Source: Desulfobulbus propionicus DSM 2032 (GTDB lineage: Bacteria > Desulfobacterota > Desulfobulbia > Desulfobulbales > Desulfobulbaceae). From it: a stretch of 32,000 nucleotides of DNA. Of the stretch, positions 17,221-25,964 are shown piece after piece. The stretch lies in the NCBI RefSeq assembly GCF_000186885.1, contig NC_014972.1, forward strand, positions 1,800,001 through 1,832,000. Direction: 5' to 3'. Under the pieces are notes generated by a model that was not told where the DNA came from, searched no databases, and worked only from the letters and a program-made list of their open reading frames with translations. Position 1 is the first letter of the stretch. Each line of letters starts with the position of its first letter. Made by a program: the position numbers and the translations under genes.

Positions 17221-17248
17221 GCGTTCCCCTGTTTCTGTCGTACGCACA

Positions 17249-17278
17249 GCCGCCGGATCCCTCCGGCGGCTTTTTTTT
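17249..17278 (+). terminator. Rho-independent terminator after lpxC
   Basis: GCCGCCGGA-TCCC-TCCGGCGGC forms a perfect 9-bp stem followed by T8. Confidence 0.8.
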
Positions 17279-17309
17279 GCCCCGGAGCAACGCGGTTTAG
17301 GTTCTGCGG

Positions 17310-17338
17310 TTGTCGGCCCGGAGGAAGATGCGTATAAT
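17310..17338 (+). promoter_or_regulatory. Candidate sigma70-type promoter for proC-nadK
   Basis: TTGTCG (17310-17315), a 17-nt spacer, then TATAAT (17333-17338), about 50 nt upstream of the proC ATG. Confidence 0.45.
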
Positions 17339-17388
17339 AGCACGTTATTGCCTCTTCGTTCCCATTGTATCGTTCTCACAGGAGAAAT

Positions 17389-18204
17389 ATGCGTTCATCG
17401 ATAGACACCCTTGGTTTTGTCGGCGGCGGTCAGATGGCCGAGGCCATGATCCGCGGCATTGTGGCCAGTGGCCTAACCACCGCGGAGAAGATAATGGTCG
17501 CGGAACCGTCGGTGTTCCGCCGAGATGCCCTGCTCAATCAATACGGGGTGGTCTGTACCAGCGAGGCGGAAATGCTCTGCCACTCCTGCAAGGTCCTGGT
17601 GCTGGCAATCAAGCCCCAGCTCGCGGCCACGGTGCTGGCCGAGTACCGCCCCTTCCTCACCTCCGAACACCTGGTGATCTCGATCATGGCCGGCGTGACC
17701 CTGCACACCCTGGCAGGATGGCTTGGTGACACAATTCGTCTGATCCGGGTGATGCCCAACACGCCGGCCCTGGTGCTGGCGGGCGCCACCGCCTTCAGTC
17801 CCAACCATCATGTCACTGATCAGGATCGGAAAACCGCGTCAGCGCTCTTTTCCGCCGTGGGCTCCTGCGTCGAGGTGCCGGAGAGCCAGCTGGACGCGGT
17901 CACCGGCCTGAGCGGCAGCGGTCCGGGCTACGTGTTCACCTTTATCGAGGCCATGATCGATGGCGGCGTGCTCGCCGGCCTGCCCCGGCCGGTGGCCGAG
18001 CAGCTGGTCTTGCAGACTGTCTACGGTTCGGCCAAGCTGGCCCTGGAGACCGGCGACCATCCGGCGGTGTTGAAAGGCAAGGTGACCTCGCCTGGCGGCA
18101 CCACCATCGCCGGGATTCAGGTGTTGGAGGATGGCGCCCTGCGGGGCGTGGTCATGGGGGCGATCGAGGCGGCCACCGAACGTTCGCGGGAGTTGGGCGC
18201 ATGA
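17389..18204 (+). CDS. proC: Pyrroline-5-carboxylate reductase
   Basis: LGFVGGGQMAEAMIRG (NADP-binding), RVMPNTPA and SPGGTTIAG are present. AGGAG lies upstream of the ATG at 17389. Confidence 0.9.
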   Translation: MRSSIDTLGFVGGGQMAEAMIRGIVASGLTTAEKIMVAEPSVFRRDALLNQYGVVCTSEAEMLCHSCKVLVLAIKPQLAATVLAEYRPFLTSEHLVISIMAGVTLHTLAGWLGDTIRLIRVMPNTPALVLAGATAFSPNHHVTDQDRKTASALFSAVGSCVEVPESQLDAVTGLSGSGPGYVFTFIEAMIDGGVLAGLPRPVAEQLVLQTVYGSAKLALETGDHPAVLKGKVTSPGGTTIAGIQVLEDGALRGVVMGAIEAATERSRELGA

Positions 18205-19064
18205 AGATCGGCCATGCGGGAATCGTCACCCGTCCAGACAGTCCGGAGGTGGAGCAGATCGGCCGCGAGGTGATCGCTTGGTTTGCCGAGCGGGGAATCA
18301 AGGCGGAACTGAACCGGATCGACGCGGCCATGGACGTGCTGATCGTGCTCGGAGGCGACGGCACCCTGCTCCATGTGGCCGGCGAGGCCAGCCGCCATCA
18401 GCTGCCGGTGCTCGGGGTCAATCTCGGCAACCTCGGTTTCCTCACCGAGGTGGCGGCCGACGAGATGTATGAGGCCCTGGAAACCTTGCTGTTCGAGGAT
18501 GAGGTGCGGATGGAGCGGCGGATCATGCTCACCGCCGCCTTCATCAACGGCGCCACCGGCCAGAAAAGCCCATCGGTCCACGCCCTCAACGAGGTGGTGA
18601 TCGTCAAGAAGAGCACCGAGGCCATGATCCGCCTGCGCTGCTGGGCCGATCGGGAATATGTCACCACCTACCGCGCCGACGGTCTGATCATGGCCACGCC
18701 CACCGGTTCGACCGCCTACAACCTCTCGGCCGGCGGGCCGGTGGTCCACGCCGAGCTCGACGCCATCGTTGTCACCCCCATCTGTCCCTTCATGCTCGAA
18801 TCACGGCCGGTGCTACTGGGCTCGCAGCACAAGGTCACCACCCAGCTGCTGGCTCCTGCCGGTCAGGTCAAGGTGATCGTCGACGGCGAGCTGCAGTGGA
18901 CCATCACCGAAAACGACTATCTGCTGGTGCAGAAGGCCTCCAAGCCGCTGCTGATCATCAGCTCGCCGTGGAAGAGCTATTTCAATATCCTCCGCAGCAA
19001 GCTCAACTGGGGCGGCGCCAGCGTCGACCTGCCGCTGCCGGAAAAGGTCTGCAAACACTGCTGA
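18201..19064 (+). CDS. nadK: NAD(+) kinase
   Basis: VLGGDGTLL, NLGNLGFLT and TPTGSTAYNLSAGGP are present. An ATGA overlap with proC occurs at the start. Confidence 0.9.
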   Translation: MKIGHAGIVTRPDSPEVEQIGREVIAWFAERGIKAELNRIDAAMDVLIVLGGDGTLLHVAGEASRHQLPVLGVNLGNLGFLTEVAADEMYEALETLLFEDEVRMERRIMLTAAFINGATGQKSPSVHALNEVVIVKKSTEAMIRLRCWADREYVTTYRADGLIMATPTGSTAYNLSAGGPVVHAELDAIVVTPICPFMLESRPVLLGSQHKVTTQLLAPAGQVKVIVDGELQWTITENDYLLVQKASKPLLIISSPWKSYFNILRSKLNWGGASVDLPLPEKVCKHC

Positions 19065-19092
19065 TTTTCTTGATGTCGTCCATCCTCCAGCC

Positions 19093-21621
19093 CTATCCGG
19101 GCTGGTTCCTGCGTTTCCCCCCCCTGGTGGCTTCGGCGACCAGGGGGTCATCGGGCCAAAAGTGCTTGGGGTAGCGGCCCTTGAGTTCCTTTTTCACCTC
19201 CGTGTAGCCCCGCCGCCAGAATCCGGCCAAATCGGTGGTCACCTGAATGGGTCGCCGGGCCGGGCTGAGCAAGTGGAGCACCAGTGCCAGCTGGCCGTCG
19301 CAGACCGTGGGCGTCTTGCTCTGGCCGAACATTTCCTGAATGCGCACCGCCAAGATCGGCGGTCCATCGAGGCGGTAGTCGATACGGATCCTTGATCCGC
19401 TGGGCGCGGTGAAGGTCTCCGGCGCCAGCCGTGCCAGCCGCTGCTGCCCCTCCCATCCCAGCATACTGGCCAAGATCCCCTTGAGGTTGATCCGGGTCAG
19501 CTGGTCGGCCCGGGTGATGCCGTTCAGGTACGGTTCCAGCCAGCCAAGATCGCGAAAAAGCGCTTCGTCGCTCACCTCCGGCCAACCTGCCTGCGGTTGC
19601 CAGGCACGGACGGAGTGGATCCGCGCCTGCAGCTGCCGCGATTCCCGATCCCAGGGCAGACAGCCGCTGCCCATCCGAGCGATGCCCTCCATCAGGGCGG
19701 CCCGGCCGGCCTCTGGATCGATGTCCGCGAGCGGGCTTTCCTCGACGATAATCGCCCCCACGCGTACCTGCCGGACCGCCATCACCCTGGCGCTGGCCGT
19801 GTCCCAGCACACCCGCTGCTCGGTGGTCAGCAGTTGACGATGCTGCTCGCGGATGTCCGCAATCTCCACTCCTTCGGCGAGAAAAATTTTTCCTTCCCTG
19901 GAGCCGGCATCGACATGCGGCACCACCAGGTACTCGTTGGTGGCCAGCGGATCGGCCGGATCCAGGAGGACTCCGCGGCCGTTGGCCAGTTGGTAGCGGC
20001 CTCGTTGCCCCGGCCGCCTACGGGCGATGCATTCGGGATAGGCATGCACAAGCAGGGCGGCAACGGCTAACGGGTCATGGCCGGTCGGTGGGCAGCCAAG
20101 CAGTTGCCGCCATTGGCCGGCCGCTTGATCAATCCGGCGGCAACGCTGGGGATCGATGCCCCCCTCACGCGCCGCCCGCTCGCCTTTGTCGCGCCACTGG
20201 GCTAAAAGAGTGAGCCGTACGCCAAGATCGGCCGAGGCCTGGGGATGATCCCGTGGCAGCAGGTCTCGTTCCGAGAGCAGGGCCGCCAGGTCGCAGGCCA
20301 GGGCACCCTGGCCATTCTCCCTCGCGATGAGCAGCATGCGCCCCAAACGCGGATGCAGGGGCAGGCCGGCCATCTGCCGCCCCAGGGAAGTGACGCGGCC
20401 AGACTCATCGATCGCCTCCAAGGCCCGAAGCAATAGTCGGGCCTGCTGCAGGGCGCCGCTGCGGGGCTGATCGAGCCAGCGCAGTTCGCCGGCGTCAAAA
20501 ACACCCCACAGGGCCAGTTCCAGGGCCAGCGGGGCGAGGTCGGCATGCACTATTTCCGGAGGATGAAAGGCTGGTAGGCTGTGGTGCTCCTCCCTGGTCC
20601 ACAGACGCAGACAGTGGCCTGGGCCGAGACGTCCCGCCCGCCCAGCCCGCTGGCGCGCCGAGGCTCGGGAAACCCGGACCGTGGTCAGCCTGCTCAACCC
20701 GCTACCTGGATCAAAGGTGGGCCGCCGTGACCAGCCGCTGTCAACCACGCACCCCACGCCCTCGATGGTCAGGCTGGTTTCGGCGATCGAGGTGGCGAGA
20801 ATGATCCGCCTCCTGCCTTGCGGATCGGCGAGCAAGGCGCGGTCTTGTTCCTTTTGGGGCAGGTCACCGAACAGCGGCAGGATCAGCAGGTCGCGGCAGG
20901 ACGGATCTCCGGCGAGCAGGTGAAGAGCGTCCCTGATTTCGCCTGCGCCGGGGAGAAAGGCCAGCATATCGCCCTGCTGTCGCGGCAGTGCCTGGAGGAT
21001 GCCTTGGGCGGTGATTGCGCCGATCCGTCCTCGGGGTGGCCGCTGCAGATAATCGATGCCCACCTGGTGCTCGGCCCCCTCGGCGACAACGACGGGTGCC
21101 TCGCCCAACAACCGGGCGATCGCTTCGGTCTCCAGGGTGGCGGACATCACCAGCAGGCGCAGGTCGTCCCTGAGTTGGCAGAGATCAAGGCACAGGGCCA
21201 GGGCCAGGTCGGCGTGGAGGGAGCGCTCGTGGAACTCGTCGAAGATGACTAGCCCCACGTCGGCAAGGGCGGCGTCGTGCTGGAGTCGCCGGGTAAGGAT
21301 GCCTTCGGTGACCACCTCGATGCGGGTCTGCGGCGAGATGCAACGGTCAAAACGGATCTGGTACCCCACGCGCTGGCCGAGTCGCTCGCCGAGCAGGGCG
21401 GCCATCCGGGAAGCCGCTGCCCTGGCCGCCAACCGGCGGGGTTCGAGGAGGATGATCTTCCTGTTGGCCAGCCAAGGCTCGTCGAGCAGGGCAAGGGGCA
21501 CAATGGTGGTTTTGCCCGAGCCCGGCGGCGCGGCCAGGACCGCCGAACCGGCTGCCAAGGCATGTTTGATCCGGGGCAGGGCCGAATCAATCGGCAGGGA
21601 CGCGAAAGGGGAGGAAGGCAT
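19093..21621 (-). CDS. hrpB: ATP-dependent RNA helicase HrpB (DEAH-box)
   Basis: APPGSGKTT, DEFHERS, SATL, TSIAETSLTIEG and QRAGRAGR are present, and an HrpB-type C-terminal domain follows. The product is 842 aa. Confidence 0.9.
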   Translation of the reverse strand: MPSSPFASLPIDSALPRIKHALAAGSAVLAAPPGSGKTTIVPLALLDEPWLANRKIILLEPRRLAARAAASRMAALLGERLGQRVGYQIRFDRCISPQTRIEVVTEGILTRRLQHDAALADVGLVIFDEFHERSLHADLALALCLDLCQLRDDLRLLVMSATLETEAIARLLGEAPVVVAEGAEHQVGIDYLQRPPRGRIGAITAQGILQALPRQQGDMLAFLPGAGEIRDALHLLAGDPSCRDLLILPLFGDLPQKEQDRALLADPQGRRRIILATSIAETSLTIEGVGCVVDSGWSRRPTFDPGSGLSRLTTVRVSRASARQRAGRAGRLGPGHCLRLWTREEHHSLPAFHPPEIVHADLAPLALELALWGVFDAGELRWLDQPRSGALQQARLLLRALEAIDESGRVTSLGRQMAGLPLHPRLGRMLLIARENGQGALACDLAALLSERDLLPRDHPQASADLGVRLTLLAQWRDKGERAAREGGIDPQRCRRIDQAAGQWRQLLGCPPTGHDPLAVAALLVHAYPECIARRRPGQRGRYQLANGRGVLLDPADPLATNEYLVVPHVDAGSREGKIFLAEGVEIADIREQHRQLLTTEQRVCWDTASARVMAVRQVRVGAIIVEESPLADIDPEAGRAALMEGIARMGSGCLPWDRESRQLQARIHSVRAWQPQAGWPEVSDEALFRDLGWLEPYLNGITRADQLTRINLKGILASMLGWEGQQRLARLAPETFTAPSGSRIRIDYRLDGPPILAVRIQEMFGQSKTPTVCDGQLALVLHLLSPARRPIQVTTDLAGFWRRGYTEVKKELKGRYPKHFWPDDPLVAEATRGGKRRNQPG

Positions 21622-21832
21622 GGGGGATCACCAAAAAAACGGGCAGAGGCGGCAGGTCGATACAGTTGGCGGCGGAACGAATCAGGACAGCTCCAGGAAA
21701 TCAGGGGCCAGTGGTCCTGGCGGTCATTTTTTGCATCCGTCAGGAGCAAAAGCGGGTATGGTGGGGGATCGTCCGTTCAGGCCCTGTTGTCCCGGTCCTG
21801 CCTCCCGCCAATCTTTGCGACCACGGATTACC

Positions 21833-23062
21833 ATGTCAACCGACACTCCACGGCTCCCGTCGGCCGAAACGTTCAACCGGGCCTTTGCCCTGGCCTGTAC
21901 CGCCCATGACGCCGGACGCCTGGCCGAGGCCAGGGAAGGTTATTTGCGGCTGCTGGCTGCTGCGCCTCGTTCGATGCTGCTTCACTACAACCTCGGGTTG
22001 GTGCAGTACGGCCTCCACCAGTTCGACCAGGCGTTGAGTTCCTTTTCCCAGGCCGCCAGTCTCGGCCCCGAGGACAACGATGTCCTGTTCAACCTTGCCC
22101 TGTGCCAGAAGGAAACCGGTGATCTGGCCGCCGCCGTTGCCACCTATCAGCGGATTTTAGCCGCCGCCCCGGATCATGCCGACTGCCTGTACAACCTCGG
22201 CGGCTGTTACCGGACACTCCACGACGATGTCCAGGCCATGGCCTGCTACCATCGGGTGCTGGCGGTGGCGCCCGGCTATCATCAGGCAGCCAACAACCTG
22301 GCCTACCTCTACCACCGTGCCGGCGAGATCGAGCAGGCGGTCCGCTACTACAGTCAAGTGTACGAATCCCGGCCCGACGACGAGTCGGTCGGCTACATGC
22401 TGGCGGCCCTGCTCGGCGTTCCGCTCGACCACGCGCCCGATGCCTATGTGCGCGGTTTTTTCGATGCCTATGCCGAGCACTTTGAGCAGAGCCTGGTGGA
22501 GAAACTGGGCTACGACAATCCGCGCTGCCTCTACGAGTGCCTGTGCGCGTGCGGAGAAACGCGGACCGAATATGACCACGGGCTTGATCTCGGCTGCGGC
22601 ACCGGCTTGAGCGGTCTGTCGTTCAAGCGCAGGGTAACGGCCCTGGACGGGGTCGACCTGTCACCCCGGATGCTGGACCACGCCAAAGGTAAGGGATGCT
22701 ATGCCCATCTGTACGCGGACAGCATCGACCACTACCTGCATGCCACCAGCGAGACCTACGATCTGTTTCTGGCCACCGATGTTTTTATCTATGTCGGCGA
22801 ACTGCTTGAGCTCTTCACCGCAGCCCAGGCCGTTGCCCGGCCCCAAGCCCTTTTCTGTTTTTCCACCGAGCACCTGGAAGCGGAGGGGTATCAACTGCTG
22901 CCCACCGGTCGCTTCGCCTATTCGACCAACTATATCCATGCGATTGCGGCCGGCACCGGCTGGACCGTGCTTACTCGGCAGCCGACCCGTCTGCGCCGGG
23001 AGCGCGATGCCTGGATCAATGGCGATTTGTGGATTCTTCGTCTCGCTCCAGCTGCCGTTTGA
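21833..23062 (+). CDS. TPR-repeat / SAM-dependent methyltransferase fusion protein
   Basis: N-terminal TPR-like repeats are present (AxxxYxxxLxxxPxxxxxxxNLG pattern, several copies). The C-terminal class I methyltransferase motif I is LDLGCGTGLSG. This resembles the 'predicted methyltransferase with TPR repeat' architecture. An alternative start at 21758 has an AGGAG upstream. The ORF extension back to 21056 is antisense to hrpB and is rejected. Confidence 0.75.
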   Translation: MSTDTPRLPSAETFNRAFALACTAHDAGRLAEAREGYLRLLAAAPRSMLLHYNLGLVQYGLHQFDQALSSFSQAASLGPEDNDVLFNLALCQKETGDLAAAVATYQRILAAAPDHADCLYNLGGCYRTLHDDVQAMACYHRVLAVAPGYHQAANNLAYLYHRAGEIEQAVRYYSQVYESRPDDESVGYMLAALLGVPLDHAPDAYVRGFFDAYAEHFEQSLVEKLGYDNPRCLYECLCACGETRTEYDHGLDLGCGTGLSGLSFKRRVTALDGVDLSPRMLDHAKGKGCYAHLYADSIDHYLHATSETYDLFLATDVFIYVGELLELFTAAQAVARPQALFCFSTEHLEAEGYQLLPTGRFAYSTNYIHAIAAGTGWTVLTRQPTRLRRERDAWINGDLWILRLAPAAV

Positions 23063-23077
23063 ACAAAGAATCCCACC

Positions 23078-24313
23078 TTACGGAAACAGCGGCTGATTGA
23101 AGGGGCCAAAGCCGCTGAGGCAGTCATCCTCCACCTGCTGAGCGATCTGGGTTCCCCAGACCGAAGAGTACTCGGGATCGAAATAGACCAGCTCCACGGT
23201 TTCACGGATGTGTTCGATGCCGATCCGACCGCCTTGGCTGTTTTCGTAGCGCAGCAAGGCTTGCTCCGCAGCCTGGGGTGTTTCGCCGTCATCCCGCATC
23301 CAGGCCGTGGTGGTGAACATCTCGCCGACTGTGCGGCACAGGGATTCCCGGCCGCTTGGCCCGGCCGGTTTCGTTTCCTGGAGAGATGGGGCCTGAAGGG
23401 CCGCAGAGGACGGTTGGCACCGACCCCAGATCACCCCCGATCCGGTCGTGGCGGAATCGCCGGGTGTCATGCACCAACCGAGATCCTGCAACCGCTGAGC
23501 GTTGACCCGCATCTGCCGGCAAGCGTCGTCAGCCGCCGGTCCGACCGTGTCCCAGCACAGGTGGGTCAGATCCTGGTCACGGTCGATCAGCGCCTGAATC
23601 TCGGGGCTGATGGCCACGATGCGCGCCGAATCCTCGCCGGGAGATGGCGCGGGTGCTGCTTGCCAGCCGCCGCTGGAACCAACGGCTTGCGCGCTCGGTG
23701 AACCTGGCGGCGCCTGCGGTGGAGCATCCTCCTGCGGCAACGAGGCCCGGTCGAGCGCTGTTTCCTGCTCTTCCGGGCGTTCCGTTTGCCGTGTATCCGC
23801 CTCCCCGGGTTGCTCGGTCCGGGCTTGCGGGGGCGCAACGGCGGCAACCGGCTTTTTCGCCTTCATGAACAGAAAACCGGATTCCGATCCTTTGTTGTAG
23901 GACAGGACAATACTGCTGATGTCCCCGGTCCAGCTGTACATTTCCTCGCCATTTTGCTCGATTTTCTTGCGGTCGCCGAAACGGGCAAAAGCCTCGGTCT
24001 TCATCGCGGCAAAATTTTTGTTTCCGGCAAAAAGCAGGATCACGCCCTGCAACCGCTGGTGCGTGAAGGTGCAGGAGATGCCGCTGAGGGTAGCCTTGCC
24101 AAAGCGCAGGTCCTCGTTTTGCAGGGCATAGAGGGTCTCGCCATTGGCGTCGGTTTCCTTGGTGAGAACCAGCTGTTTCGTCCGTTGCAGGTCGTTGAGC
24201 GCGCTGCCCCAGCGCATGCCCTTGAATCCATCGACATCGGCCAGGGCCGCGAGGGATGTCACGGACACGATCAGACCAAGAAGAACAAGAGACAGCGTGC
24301 GGAAACAATTCAT
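23078..24313 (-). CDS. Secreted hypothetical protein with a Pro/Ala/Gln-rich linker
   Basis: A signal peptide is present (MNCFRTLSLVLLGLIVSVTSLAALA). It is followed by a domain of about 130 aa, an acidic low-complexity linker of about 70 aa rich in P/A/Q/E, and a Cys-containing C-terminal region. No family was recognised. Confidence 0.6.
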   Translation of the reverse strand: MNCFRTLSLVLLGLIVSVTSLAALADVDGFKGMRWGSALNDLQRTKQLVLTKETDANGETLYALQNEDLRFGKATLSGISCTFTHQRLQGVILLFAGNKNFAAMKTEAFARFGDRKKIEQNGEEMYSWTGDISSIVLSYNKGSESGFLFMKAKKPVAAVAPPQARTEQPGEADTRQTERPEEQETALDRASLPQEDAPPQAPPGSPSAQAVGSSGGWQAAPAPSPGEDSARIVAISPEIQALIDRDQDLTHLCWDTVGPAADDACRQMRVNAQRLQDLGWCMTPGDSATTGSGVIWGRCQPSSAALQAPSLQETKPAGPSGRESLCRTVGEMFTTTAWMRDDGETPQAAEQALLRYENSQGGRIGIEHIRETVELVYFDPEYSSVWGTQIAQQVEDDCLSGFGPFNQPLFP

Positions 24314-24335
24314 GATCTCTATCCCAGCCGCATTG

Positions 24336-25046
24336 TCAGCGGCGGCGGCCGTCTTTACTGGCGCGAATGCTTGGAGTGACGATCAGGGCGATCCGTTCGC
24401 TGGCCGCCTTGGACAGGTGCGGGTACTGCTCGCGCAGCCAGACCAGAATACTCGCCTTGTGGGTCGCGGCCGTCGCCGGTTCTGCCCCCGCGAACAGGGC
24501 GGCCCAGCAGGCATTAGCCGCCTGGAGTTCCTGGGCGAAACAGGGATGATCGGGTGTGTTGCCCAGCGCCTCCCCCCTGATTGCCGGCTGGTGGTCGGTT
24601 AAATCGGTCGCGGCCGTACTCCGCGGTTCGATGCGGTGGGTGGTTTCGTGGTTGATCACCTCGTTGAGCCGCGCAAAAAGGCGCATCGGGTTGAGCGCGA
24701 GCATGCTGGTTTCACCCCATTCCTCGCCGACCGAATTGCTGACCGCGATCTCCTTGCCTTTGTCGTCCACGCAAAGAATTTCGGCACCAATCAGCATGCG
24801 GTCAAGGCGCCCTTGCACCTGCCGCAGCACTTCGTGTTGAAGCCGCATTTCGACCTGGGCGCTGGGTTGCGGCGCGGCCGGTTTCTTTTTCTTGCCACCA
24901 TCTCGTTTCTCGATAAACACATCGAAAAATTCGATCCACAGATCTATTGTGCCGGCCAGAGCCATTTCCACAATCTGCTCCGCGCTTGTCCGCCACCGGG
25001 CACGCAGGTCACCGAGATACACACGCTGATTTTCCGGGGTTGTCAT
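24336..25046 (-). CDS. Hypothetical cytoplasmic protein with a Lys-rich linker
   Basis: 236 aa with no signal peptide. A KRDGGKKKKPAAPQP linker is present. AAAGGA lies 7 nt upstream of the ATG. The gene ends 22 nt upstream of the 23078-24313 gene on the same strand. No family was recognised. Confidence 0.55.
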   Translation of the reverse strand: MTTPENQRVYLGDLRARWRTSAEQIVEMALAGTIDLWIEFFDVFIEKRDGGKKKKPAAPQPSAQVEMRLQHEVLRQVQGRLDRMLIGAEILCVDDKGKEIAVSNSVGEEWGETSMLALNPMRLFARLNEVINHETTHRIEPRSTAATDLTDHQPAIRGEALGNTPDHPCFAQELQAANACWAALFAGAEPATAATHKASILVWLREQYPHLSKAASERIALIVTPSIRASKDGRRR

Positions 25047-25357
25047 ACCAAATCCTTTTGTTTGTCAATTGGTTGTACCATGACGTAATCGCACCCACCC
25101 GCCGGTTCTGCTCGAAACGTCCTCGCGGACATGCCCAACAGGGCACCACCAAATCGCTCTCTTGGCCAACCCGGGAAATGGGTTCCATTTTTTTCGCATC
25201 GCCTGCCAGGTCAGGCTCGGAGCGGCCGGCAGCACGCAATTCATCAAGGTAGCAAGATCGGGTAGGGAAGGGCAACTAAAATCCTTTGTGCTCCCCCGGT
25301 GGCGGTGCGCTCCTGTTTCGACGCGGTTGGTTGTCGACCAGGGGGGCAGGATGCGGG

Positions 25358-25816
25358 TCAGTTTGGCCGTAGGTCGAGTTGGATGTAGTTGAGGTCCAGT
25401 TGGTCTCCACCCTCGCCACCTACCTCGATCAGCAGACGATCCTGGGTTTCGACAAAGGCAAAGGGTCGGTGGCCATTGGCCTCCAAGACATCCAAGAACA
25501 GGGGATAGAAAAAATCGTTGGTCTGCCCTTGGGGATCATAGGCAAACCGTACGCCGAAGACCGGATATTGACCCTCCCGGCACAGTTGAACCCATTGCAG
25601 TTCGGTTTTTGGCCGCTGACGCACTATTTCCAGGGCAGGCGATTTCCAGGCGCGTGCATCCACGGGGTGACAATCGCGGCCGAGCTGCTGGCTGAGGTCG
25701 AGAGGCGGCTCGGCGCTGGCTGCAAGGGAGGGCAATACCACAAGCAGCAGGAGCAGCAGCGATGTCTTGGCGTCTGGGCATCGTCTATTCAGCAGGGATC
25801 TGGCCGACAAAAACAT
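25358..25816 (-). CDS. Small secreted hypothetical protein directly downstream of the autotransporter
   Basis: GAGAGGA lies 5-6 nt upstream of the ATG at 25816. The signal peptide is MFLSARSLLNRRCPDAKTSLLLLLLVVLPSLAASA. The mature part is about 117 aa. No family was recognised. Confidence 0.55.
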   Translation of the reverse strand: MFLSARSLLNRRCPDAKTSLLLLLLVVLPSLAASAEPPLDLSQQLGRDCHPVDARAWKSPALEIVRQRPKTELQWVQLCREGQYPVFGVRFAYDPQGQTNDFFYPLFLDVLEANGHRPFAFVETQDRLLIEVGGEGGDQLDLNYIQLDLRPN

Positions 25817-25964
25817 GGGGGTTCCTCTCGAAAAAACGGTTGATGGGACCCTGCCGCCACAGCGACCCACCCCAGGATGGGTCTGCTTTCAGGCATTGGG
25901 CAGGGCGTGTTTGCCAGGGGCGTCTTTCCGTTACCCTGTTTGGCGGGTTCGGACAAGCTGGAAA

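Noticed and set aside
21056-21832. The N-terminal 259-aa extension of the TPR-methyltransferase ORF
   Set aside because: The extension runs antisense through the 5' part of hrpB and is Arg/Ser/Ala-rich low complexity. The conserved TPR part begins at the ATG at 21833 (or possibly 21758).
25168-25194. A plus-strand AACCC-GGGAAAT-GGGTT hairpin followed by a T7 run in the same spacer
   Set aside because: The stem is only 5 bp and no plus-strand gene or promoter could be identified upstream. It may be fortuitous or the end of an unknown sRNA, and there is not enough evidence to call it.
25009-25275. An 88-aa minus-strand ORF (internal ATG at 25188 gives 59 aa with CWACPRG) in the 311-nt spacer
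   Set aside because: The full ORF starts with TTG and the internal ATG has no RBS. It overlaps the start of the 24336-25046 gene out of frame, and no family was recognised.
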